Source: Planctomycetota bacterium
GTDB lineage: Bacteria; Planctomycetota; PLA2; JAEUHO01
Assembly: GCA_050248855.1 (NCBI GenBank)
Contig: JBFWRP010000041.1
Coordinates: 1-27,696, forward strand
DNA: 27,696 nt
Reading direction: 5' to 3'
The notes beneath the pieces are model-generated. The model had not been told where the DNA came from and did no database searches. It saw only the letters and a program-made list of their open reading frames with translations. Shown here one piece after another: positions 1-7,550 of this stretch. The position numbers and the translations under genes were made by a program. Numbering within the stretch: the first letter of the stretch is position 1; each line of letters begins with the position of its first letter.

Positions 1-122
1 TAGGCATCCTGGGGGCCCTCTCTGCGGGTCGGTTGCGCGGTCAGCAACCTCCACAGTCGGCCGGGGGAGCGGCCCCCTTCACTCCATGCCCCCTTAAGTC
101 ACCGGCATTGGTGTCTGACACC
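1..122 (-). mobile_element. Possible left end / 5' region of a mobile element (IS481-like end or REP-associated transposase), truncated by the window edge
   Basis: The minus strand reads GGTGTCAGACACCAATGCCGGTGAC..., then small hairpins, then a purine-rich SD-like stretch (GAGAGGG) and ATG-CCT-A at 7..1. A perfect palindrome GGTGTC-T-GACACC lies at 110-122. No transposase sequence is visible, so this is weak. Confidence 0.3.
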
Positions 123-131
123 GCGCCTCCG

Positions 132-1001
132 CTACCCCTCGCCCAGCCCCTTCTCGATCGCCGCCTTGAGGCGGCGCACCGTCGTCGGGGCGTGCCCCGC
201 GTAGTGGTTGTTGACGAAGACGAGGCTCTTGACGCCCCGCTTCATGAAGCCGACGACGAGCTTCGCCCAGCGCTCGAGGCGGTCTGCGTGGTCGATGACT
301 TCCTTGTCCCACGTCTTCGTGATCGCCTCGATGGCGTTGCGGTCACCGAGCAAGCGGATGTAGACGGGCGGTGCCGTGACCACGTCGAACGCCTCGGCCA
401 GCTCGTCCCCCAGCGGCATCCAGGCCTGGTCCACGAGCACGAAGGAGACGTCGTGGCGCGCCAGGAGGTCCAGCAGCTGCTGGTTGACCCAGCTCTTGTT
501 GCGCACCTCGACGGCGTAGCGCAAGCCGTCGCGGGGTAGGTCGGCAAGGAAGCAGTCCAAGCGTTCCAGGAACGGCCCGGCGGAAGGGAACACCTGGCGG
601 TTGAAGTAGGGGAACTGCAACACGAGGGGCCCAAGACGCGGCCCCAGCCGTCGCATGGTGCCCAGGAACTGGTCGCGATCTTCGTAGGTCGCGTCCGGCG
701 CCAACACCAAGCGACCCTCGGGCTTGGCGCCCTGACCACCGTGCACGATCGACCGGGGAAACTTCGCGGTCAGGAGGAACCCGTCGGGCGTCTTGCGCGC
801 CCAGCCATCGACGACGCTCGGGCGCGGGAGTCCGTAGTAGGTGCTGTCCACCTCGACCGCGTCCAGCTGCTGGGCATACAGCTCCAGGAAGGCGCCGGGC
901 GGCGTGCCGACGGGGTAGAACGAGCCGACCCAGTCCTTGCTCGAGAACGACGACGTGCCCAGCCGGACGAGCGCGTCCGGGTCGTAGAGCGGCAGCTTCA
1001 T
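132..1001 (-). CDS. DUF72 (YecE-like) domain protein
   Basis: 289 aa. Motifs RLGTSSFSSKDWVGSFYP, VEVDSTYYGLP, FLLTAKFPRSIVH, LGPLVLQFP, AVEVRNKSW, YIRLLG and FVNNHYAGHAP are typical of DUF72. Confidence 0.92.
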   Translation of the reverse strand: MKLPLYDPDALVRLGTSSFSSKDWVGSFYPVGTPPGAFLELYAQQLDAVEVDSTYYGLPRPSVVDGWARKTPDGFLLTAKFPRSIVHGGQGAKPEGRLVLAPDATYEDRDQFLGTMRRLGPRLGPLVLQFPYFNRQVFPSAGPFLERLDCFLADLPRDGLRYAVEVRNKSWVNQQLLDLLARHDVSFVLVDQAWMPLGDELAEAFDVVTAPPVYIRLLGDRNAIEAITKTWDKEVIDHADRLERWAKLVVGFMKRGVKSLVFVNNHYAGHAPTTVRRLKAAIEKGLGEG

Positions 1002-1109
1002 CGCGGGGGGCTCCGATCGCAGGCGTGGACCGTACGCGAACCGGCCCCGGAACGAACGCGCGCGCCGGGGTTGCCGGCGCGCGCAGGATGTCGGCCCGGG
1101 TGGCTGGAT

Positions 1110-1490
1110 CTAGCGGCGCGTGCCGATGACGCGGCGACCTGAGAGCGAACGGCGCGAGCCGTGATGGCCGTGCCAACCGTGATGGCGGTGGGAGTGGCTC
1201 GACCAGCTGAGGCCCACGTAGCTCGAGGTGTACGGCCGGTAGTACGGGTAGTAGCGCGGCGCGTAGTACGTCGGCGTGTAGTAGGTCGGCGTGTAGTAGT
1301 ACGTCGGGGCGTAGTAGCGGGGCGCCGCGTAGTAGACGGGCGCGCGCCGCACGACGACAGGCGTGCCGCAACCGCACGGGCCGCCCGTGCTGACACCGAA
1401 GTCGACATACGTGTCGGCGTGGGCGGGCGTCGCCAAGGCAAGACCGGAGGCAAGGATGCCGGCCACGGCAAGGGTACGAAGCAGGGTCAT
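1110..1490 (-). CDS. Small secreted Tyr/Pro-repeat, His-rich-tail protein
   Basis: ATG at 1490 after an AGGAG SD. Signal peptide MTLLRTLAVAGILASGLALATPAHA, followed by YY(A/T)P(T/R) repeats and HSHRHHGWHGHH. 126 aa. Confidence 0.75.
   Translation of the reverse strand: MTLLRTLAVAGILASGLALATPAHADTYVDFGVSTGGPCGCGTPVVVRRAPVYYAAPRYYAPTYYYTPTYYTPTYYAPRYYPYYRPYTSSYVGLSWSSHSHRHHGWHGHHGSRRSLSGRRVIGTRR
1240..1340 (-). repeat. Imperfect ~15-nt coding tandem repeat (YYxPx units)
   Basis: Recurrent gtagta(g/c)... units on the + strand encode YYAAPR/YYAPT/YYYTPT/YYTPT/YYAPR/YYPYY. Confidence 0.8.
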
Positions 1491-1685
1491 GGGAGGACTC
1501 TCCTGGGTTCCTGGAACGCGAGGGTTCCGGGACGGTAGGTGGGATTCCAGCAGGCATGCGCCGCCGGTTCGGCGCCTGCTCCCGCAGGATACCAGCCGCT
1601 GGCGAGGACGCCGGTTGGGGGGGTGGGGGGCCCTGGAGCGTCTGTCGACGCAGCCCGCCACCGCTCGGCGGGGGGGCAAGCGCGC

Positions 1686-1741
1686 AGGTGCCCGGCTCGC
1701 GGCCGCAGAGCGCAGCGCTGCGGGCTGCGGGCCGGGCTCCT
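1686..1741. repeat. 56-bp intergenic imperfect hairpin (REP-like)
   Basis: Arm AGGTGCCCGGCTCGCGGCC (1686-1704) pairs with GGCTGCGGGCCGGGCTCCT (1723-1741) with one true mismatch plus two G-U pairs. An internal CGCAGCGCTGCG palindrome is present. Confidence 0.55.
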
Positions 1742-1934
1742 TCCTGCGGCGTTTCCCGCCGGGCTGGGCGGTGGCTCGCCCTCGTCGCTGGTTCACCGGG
1801 GCGCGGGCGGGACCGTACGGAGCCCGGTGGGATTCCCACGTCTCGCCGGGAGGCACCACGAGGTGCGTGCGCCTGGTCGGGCGAGAAGTCGGCTTCCCAC
1901 CCCGCTCCTCCGCGGTGCTGCGCCGCATCGGACG

Positions 1935-3278
1935 TCAGACGAACGCAAGGCAGAGGGCCCAGATGATGGAGGAGCCCAGGACGTCGTTGAGGGTGGTGAC
2001 GAAGGGACCGGTGGCGGCGGCAGGGTCGACGCCGACGCGGTGCATGACCAGCGGGATCAACACGCCGAACATCGTTCCGAGGAAGATCGTGCCGAAGAGG
2101 GCGCCCGCGGCGATCCCGGCGACGAGGAGCTCGCCGCCCCGCAGCTGCACGACCGCCAGCAGCAGGAGTCCCGTGACCACGGCCATCACGACGCCGACCG
2201 CGAGCTCCTTGAGCACGACCCAGACGAGGTCGCTCGTGTCGATGCGCCCCGTCACCAGGCTGCGGACCGTGACGGTTGCCGTCTGCGTTCCGCTGGCGCC
2301 TCCCGTGCCCATGATGACCGGGATGAACGCGAACAGCGCGCCGGCATGACGGATGGCGCCCTCGGCGGCGGACATGATGAAGGCCGCCAGGATGCCCCCG
2401 CAAAAGGTCACCACGAGCCAGGGGAAGCGGCTGCGCACGGCCATGGCGATGCTCGGCGCGTACAGCTCCTCCGCCCTCGAACCGCCTTGGCGCAGGATGT
2501 CCTCGTTGGCCTCCTCGTGGATGACGTCGACGATGTCGTCCACCAGGATGCGGCCCACGAGGCGGTTCTGGCCATCCACGACCGGCACGGACGACAAGTC
2601 GTAGTCCTGCACGAGGGTCGCGATCTCTTCCTGGTCCATGTCGACCGGCACGGTGACGGGAACCTGGGTCGTGATGGCGCCGATGCGCGTGGCGTCCTCG
2701 GCCAGGATGAGGTCGCGCTCCTTGACCCAGCCGACGAGGCGGTTCTCCCCGTCCACGACGAAGACCTCGTGCAGCTCGCCGGTGTCTTCCGCCGTCCGGC
2801 GGATCTCCTCGATGGCGTCACGCACGCTGGAGGACGCGCGGACGCGCACCAGCTCGGTCTGCATGATGCCGCCGGCCGAGTCCTCGGGGTGCTCGAGGAC
2901 CTTCTCGATCTCGACGCGATCCGCGGGATCGAGCGCGTCCAGTACCTCCTGCTGGTGGTCCTCGTCCAGCTGCTGGAGGACGTCGGCCGCGTCGTCGGAC
3001 TTCATGTACTCGAGCACGCCGGCCGTCTCCGCCGGCGGCAGCTGCTCGACGAGCTCGACGCGCTCCTCGTCGTCCATGTCGCGCAAGACGCGGGCTTGCT
3101 TGCGACCGAGGATCAAGCGGAAGACGCGCGCCCGCGTCTCGCCGTCACCGAGCTCTTCCAGGAGGTCGGCGGTCTCCGGCGGGCTCAGCGCCAGCAGGAG
3201 GCGCTGGATGTCCTCGTCGGTGCCTACCTCGAGCAGGCGCTCGAGTGCGGAGGGGGAGGCTTCGTCCACCGTCGCCAT
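1935..3278 (-). CDS. mgtE: Magnesium transporter MgtE
   Basis: 447 aa. Acidic N-terminal MgtE_N domain, EDSAGGIM, tandem CBS domains (PVVDGQNRLVGRILVDD), and a TM domain with RFPWL, FIPVIMGTGGASGTQ and DPAAATGPFVTTLND. Confidence 0.96.
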   Translation of the reverse strand: MATVDEASPSALERLLEVGTDEDIQRLLLALSPPETADLLEELGDGETRARVFRLILGRKQARVLRDMDDEERVELVEQLPPAETAGVLEYMKSDDAADVLQQLDEDHQQEVLDALDPADRVEIEKVLEHPEDSAGGIMQTELVRVRASSSVRDAIEEIRRTAEDTGELHEVFVVDGENRLVGWVKERDLILAEDATRIGAITTQVPVTVPVDMDQEEIATLVQDYDLSSVPVVDGQNRLVGRILVDDIVDVIHEEANEDILRQGGSRAEELYAPSIAMAVRSRFPWLVVTFCGGILAAFIMSAAEGAIRHAGALFAFIPVIMGTGGASGTQTATVTVRSLVTGRIDTSDLVWVVLKELAVGVVMAVVTGLLLLAVVQLRGGELLVAGIAAGALFGTIFLGTMFGVLIPLVMHRVGVDPAAATGPFVTTLNDVLGSSIIWALCLAFV

Positions 3279-3338
3279 GGCACGGCCGTTCGGGCAAGGG
3301 TCGGGGCGTAGGGCATGGAAGAAGGTCTCCCGAGCCGA

Positions 3339-4838
3339 TCAGGCCACGAGGTCTTCGTCGCCCAGACTGCGGAGAAGCTCTGCGACCAAGGCCACACCAT
3401 AGCCCGTCGCCCGGTCCTTGCGGTAGGCGGGGCCCGCGAGATCCACGTGGAGCCACGGGATGTCGAGATCGGCGATGTGGCTGTAGACGAACTGGGCGGC
3501 GCAGGAGGACTGCGCGTCCGTCCGGTCGTTGACCGAGTTGCGCATGTCGGCCACCTGGCTCTGGAAGTGCGGCTGGTAGAACTCCGGCACGAAGGGCAGC
3601 GGGTGCACGAGGTCGCCCGAGGCGCGTCCTGCGCGGACGGCCGCGGCCTCCAGGCCGCCCCGGTTGCTGACGACGGCCGCGTGGCGATGGCCCGTGGCCA
3701 CGAGCTGGGCGCCGGTCAGGGTGGCCATGTCGATCAGGACGTGCGGCTTGCGGCGGCGGGCCACGACCGAGGCGGCGTCGGCCAGCACGAGACGGCCCTC
3801 CGCGTCGGTGTTGTTGATCTCCACCGTCTTGCCGCTGTGCATCTCCAGGATGTCGTCCGGCCGGTAGGCGTCGGGCCCGATGGCGTTCTCGACCAGCCCG
3901 CAGACGGCGTAGATCGCGTCGGGCGACTTCGCCTTGGCCAGCGCCAGGGTCGCGCCGGCGACGGCGGCCGCGCCGCCCATGTCGCACTTCATGCCGAACA
4001 TGCCGGGGCTGGGCTTGAGCGAGAGGCCACCCGTGTCGTAGATCACGCCCTTGCCGACCAGGGCCACGCGGCGGCGCGGCTTCTTCGGCTCGTAGCTGAT
4101 GAACAGCACCTTGGGCGGATGCACGGCGCAGCGCCCGACGGCGTGCAGGCCGCCCAGACCCCGCTCGCGGATCTCGTCGCCGCTCCAGACCTCGATCGTG
4201 AGCTGGGGGATGTCGCGGGCCAGGGCCTTCACGCGCTTCACGAACTCGGGCGTGTGCAGCTCGCACGGCGGGGTGTCCACCCACTCCGCGGCGTGGCGCG
4301 CGTACTCCACGACGTGCCGCTCCAGCGCACCGAGCTTGTGCACCACGCCGTCGGGGTCCGTGCCCACGAAACGCACGTGCGCGCCGGCCGACTTCTTCGC
4401 CCCCTTCTTCGGCGTGGACGTGGTGCGCTGGTACTGCGGGAGAGCGCGGCCGAGCGCGCGTGCGACGCCCAGGCCATGGCCCGGTTCGTCCAAGCAGGCG
4501 ACGACGGCCGCGGACCCGGTCTTGGGGAGCTCGGCCGCGCCGAACGCGGTGAAGCACTCCTCGGGGCGCGACGGCGCGTTGTGACGCGAGCGCGCGTCGG
4601 GCAGGACCGTCAGCACGAAGCGCTTCGGTCCGCCGTCGGGGTTCTCGGCATGGACCGTCTTGGGCGCGACGGGGGCTTCCTCTTCGGCGGCCGCGCGGGC
4701 CAGGAGGCGCAGGGCTTGCGGCGGGGCGACGTTGGCCAGCCAGCCGGCCCTGAGGTGGCGCTGCGCCGCGAGGAAGTGGACGACTTCGGCACCCTTCAGG
4801 GCGGCCTCGACGGACGTGGCGAAGGTCAGGGTCTTCAT
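3339..4838 (-). CDS. M17 leucyl aminopeptidase family protein (NPEPL1-like)
   Basis: 499 aa from MKTLTF. GKGVIYDTGGLSLK, MKCDMGG, NNTDAEGRLVLAD and DMATLTGA are present, with all metal ligands intact. Confidence 0.95.
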   Translation of the reverse strand: MKTLTFATSVEAALKGAEVVHFLAAQRHLRAGWLANVAPPQALRLLARAAAEEEAPVAPKTVHAENPDGGPKRFVLTVLPDARSRHNAPSRPEECFTAFGAAELPKTGSAAVVACLDEPGHGLGVARALGRALPQYQRTTSTPKKGAKKSAGAHVRFVGTDPDGVVHKLGALERHVVEYARHAAEWVDTPPCELHTPEFVKRVKALARDIPQLTIEVWSGDEIRERGLGGLHAVGRCAVHPPKVLFISYEPKKPRRRVALVGKGVIYDTGGLSLKPSPGMFGMKCDMGGAAAVAGATLALAKAKSPDAIYAVCGLVENAIGPDAYRPDDILEMHSGKTVEINNTDAEGRLVLADAASVVARRRKPHVLIDMATLTGAQLVATGHRHAAVVSNRGGLEAAAVRAGRASGDLVHPLPFVPEFYQPHFQSQVADMRNSVNDRTDAQSSCAAQFVYSHIADLDIPWLHVDLAGPAYRKDRATGYGVALVAELLRSLGDEDLVA

Positions 4839-4942
4839 GGGGTGCTCCCGGGGCGGACGGCACCCGGATCCAGGGGCCCGCGCAGCAGGCCGCAAGGGTA
4901 CCGTCCGCGGATCGACCCGACAGGTCCCGGAGACGTGCATCC

Positions 4943-5581
4943 ATGCCGTTCGAGCCCACCGTCCGCCACGTGGAGCGCGCGATGGCGCTCCGGGCGTTCG
5001 ATGGCAGGTCGGCGCAGCGGGCCGTGGAGCCGACCGATCGCGGTCCCCTACCGCCCGGTTCGACGGACGCGGACGTGCGCGTGGCCGCGGCGCTCTGCTA
5101 CGTGTTCCCGGACGCCGGGGGGCGCCTGGTGTTCCCGCTGACCCGCCGCCACGCGGGCTTGCGCGAGCAGCCCGGGCAGATCGCGCTGCCCGGAGGTCGC
5201 CCGGAGCCCGGCGAGCCCCTGGAGGCGACCGCGTGGCGCGAGGCCCACGAGGAGATCGGGCTCTCCCGGGCCGAGACGGCGCGGGTCCTGGGCGTGCTGC
5301 ACGAGGTGTACATCCCCGTCACGCACACGCGGCTGGTCGTCCATGTCGCGGTGGGCCCGGCGCCCGGCCCGCTCGCGCCTGCCGACGGCGAGGTGGAGGC
5401 CATCGGCCTCGCCGCCCTCGCCGAGCTGATGGACCCGCGGCGACGCGTGGAGCGCACGCTCGTCCTGCGGGGCATCGCGCGGACCGTTCCCCACGTGCAG
5501 CTCGGGCCCTTCGAGGTGTGGGGCGCCACGGCGATGGCGCTGGCCGAGCTGGGCGAGCGGCTACGCCTCGCGATCGCCTGA
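4943..5581 (+). CDS. Nudix hydrolase, CoA pyrophosphatase (NudL/PCD1) type
   Basis: LTRRHAGLREQPGQIALPGG precedes the Nudix box GRPEPGEPLEATAWREAHEEIG, and VWGATA lies near the C-terminus. Confidence 0.9.
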   Translation: MPFEPTVRHVERAMALRAFDGRSAQRAVEPTDRGPLPPGSTDADVRVAAALCYVFPDAGGRLVFPLTRRHAGLREQPGQIALPGGRPEPGEPLEATAWREAHEEIGLSRAETARVLGVLHEVYIPVTHTRLVVHVAVGPAPGPLAPADGEVEAIGLAALAELMDPRRRVERTLVLRGIARTVPHVQLGPFEVWGATAMALAELGERLRLAIA

Positions 5582-6196
5582 CGCACGCACGAGCCCGGCA
5601 CGCCACGCCAAGCCCGCCGCGAAGGCGAGGACGTACGCCGCGAGCTCGAGGCCCTCTTCCGTGACGCGGCGTGCGGCGAACGGAACGTCGGTTTCCTGGA
5701 GCAGGTGCTGCCAGAGGCGCGTCTCGTCGAACAGCTGGGCGTAGGCGAACACGGCCACGGCGGCGACCAGGAGGCCGCCGGCGGGCCGGCGCAGCAGGTC
5801 GAGGAGGGCGTGCGGCAACGCGCGACGGCTGCGCCACGCGATCGCGCACGTCGCAAGCGCCACCGCGGCCACGACCGCCTGCCACACGCCGGCGCCGACG
5901 TGGTCCTTGAAGTAGTTGTTCTGCTCGCGCACGAGCAGGGCCACGGCGAAGCCGGCCAGCAGGATCGCCAGCGGCCTGACGCGTGCATGCGCCCGCGCGA
6001 TGAGCACCATGGTGGCGCCGAAGGCCACGCCGACGGCCGTCTGCGTCAGCTCGATCCGACCGTTCTCGCCGACGAGGTCGAGCGGGTCCGCGGTCCACGG
6101 GACGCGGTAGAGCAGGATCTCGCCGAGGAGCACGAGACCGGCACAGAGCGCAAGCGGCGGGACGAGGGCGCGCACCACGTCGCGCCGGACGGGCAT
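5561..6196 (-). CDS. Polytopic membrane protein of unknown function
   Basis: 211 aa from MPVRRD with about 6 hydrophobic segments. Charged motifs GENGRIE, VREQ and EEGLEL. The start overlaps the upstream stop (TGATG). Confidence 0.75.
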   Translation of the reverse strand: MPVRRDVVRALVPPLALCAGLVLLGEILLYRVPWTADPLDLVGENGRIELTQTAVGVAFGATMVLIARAHARVRPLAILLAGFAVALLVREQNNYFKDHVGAGVWQAVVAAVALATCAIAWRSRRALPHALLDLLRRPAGGLLVAAVAVFAYAQLFDETRLWQHLLQETDVPFAARRVTEEGLELAAYVLAFAAGLAWRAGLVRASGDREA

Positions 6197-6834
6197 CACT
6201 TGGCCCGCTCCGGGCCGAAGCGACCGGGCTCCGGGTGGGGGATCGTGATGCCGGCTTCCTGCAGCCGTCGCACGAGCTCGTCCGTGTGGCCGTTGACGTA
6301 CGTGGGGTGCACGTCGTCCTTCGGTGGCTTGCTGCGGTAGGAGAGGTACTCGTCCCAGGCTCGGTCGCCCGACCAGCCCTCGAACAGCATGCGGTACCAC
6401 GCCACGAGGGCGCCCGTCCGCTCGCTGCCGCCGGCGCAGTGGACGAGCACGTGCTCGCCAGCATCGCGCGCGTCCAGCAGGCGTCGCATCGCGACGACGT
6501 AGGACCCGAGGTTGCCCGTGCCGTCGCCGCCCAGGTCCTCGAAGCCCAGGCGCTCGACGCCGAGGCGCTCCAGGATCTCGCGCTCGGCGGCCTCGTCGGG
6601 GTCACCCTCCTCGTCCCGGGCCAAGTCAATGACGACGTCGATGTCGTGCTCGCGGATCACATCGGGCAAGAGCCGACGGTGGATCTGCCCCGCGCGCCAG
6701 ATGCGGCCCTCCTCGACGACGCCCAGGCGCTTGGGGCGGAACAGGCGGTGGCCCCCGTCCAGCAGCCAGATCACCGTGCCGGCGACGACGAGGCCGGCGA
6801 CGACGAGGGCCGGACGGGGCGGCGGCAGGCGCAT
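6196..6834 (-). CDS. Cys-dependent (PTP/dual-specificity) phosphatase with N-terminal membrane anchor
   Basis: CX5R P-loop VLVHCAGGSERTG, plus IWRAGQ and IDVVIDL motifs. Hydrophobic N-terminus (ALVVAGLVVAGTVIWLL). 212 aa. Confidence 0.88.
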   Translation of the reverse strand: MRLPPPRPALVVAGLVVAGTVIWLLDGGHRLFRPKRLGVVEEGRIWRAGQIHRRLLPDVIREHDIDVVIDLARDEEGDPDEAAEREILERLGVERLGFEDLGGDGTGNLGSYVVAMRRLLDARDAGEHVLVHCAGGSERTGALVAWYRMLFEGWSGDRAWDEYLSYRSKPPKDDVHPTYVNGHTDELVRRLQEAGITIPHPEPGRFGPERAK

Positions 6835-6838
6835 CCGC

Positions 6839-7531
6839 TCAGCGACCTTCCAGCCGCTCGATGCGTCGCAGCAGGTCGTCCAGCTGCGTCTCGAGCTCGG
6901 CGAGGCGCTGCTCGAGCGCTTCCACGGGCGACGGGTCGGCGCTACCGCGCGACGGGCCAACCGCGGGCACGCTCGCGGAAGACGGAGCCGACGGCGCGTC
7001 GCCCTCGCCCCAGTCGGCCACGGCTTCCTCGGGGCTGCGCCCGTCGAGCAGGTGGGCCCAACGCGGTTGTTGCTCGCGCGGGCGGCGCGGCAGGCGTGTC
7101 ACGTAGGGTACGGGGCGGGCCGCCAGGGCCTCGAGCCGCGCCTCGACGTCGGCCGCCTCGCCGACGTGGGCCATGCGGGAGGCGCGCGTCCGGAGCGCGC
7201 CGGCGGCCTGGGGACCGCGCAGCATCAGCTCGGCGAGGATGGCGAGGTCCGCGAGATCCACGCCCAGCTGGGCCTTGGCCTCGTGCGCGTAGCGCATCGT
7301 GCGGCCGCCGTCCCGCTCGCGGCGGGTGACCCAGCTCTTGTCCATCAGGGAGCGCAACGCACCTTCGACGTCGAAGTCCTCGACTTCGAGCACGGGGTCG
7401 CGGTTGTTCTTCTGGTTGCAGCCCGTCACGAGCGCGTTGAGCGTCAGCGGGTACGCATCGGGGACGGTCAGCTCCTTCTCGATCAAGGTGCCGATCACGC
7501 GCTGTTCGAGGGAGTCCAGGTGCAGGGGCAT
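6839..7531 (-). CDS. yceH: YceH / DUF480 family protein
   Basis: EQRVIGTLIEKELTVPDAYPLTLNALVTGCNQKNNRDPV, LMLRGPQAAGALRTR, RWAHLL and a C-terminal coiled coil. Confidence 0.93.
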   Translation of the reverse strand: MPLHLDSLEQRVIGTLIEKELTVPDAYPLTLNALVTGCNQKNNRDPVLEVEDFDVEGALRSLMDKSWVTRRERDGGRTMRYAHEAKAQLGVDLADLAILAELMLRGPQAAGALRTRASRMAHVGEAADVEARLEALAARPVPYVTRLPRRPREQQPRWAHLLDGRSPEEAVADWGEGDAPSAPSSASVPAVGPSRGSADPSPVEALEQRLAELETQLDDLLRRIERLEGR

Positions 7532-7550
7532 GGCCGCTCCGGTCGAGAGA

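Noticed and set aside
1240..1340. Short repeats as a possible CRISPR array
   Set aside because: The period is ~15 nt, there are no unique spacers, they are in-frame coding repeats, and no cas genes are present.
3279..3338. Mg2+ riboswitch (M-box) upstream of mgtE
   Set aside because: There are only 60 bp between the peptidase stop and mgtE, too short, and no recognisable motif is present.
5561..5581. 21-nt convergent 3' overlap between the Nudix and membrane protein genes
   Set aside because: Short tail-to-tail overlaps are routine in high-GC genomes.
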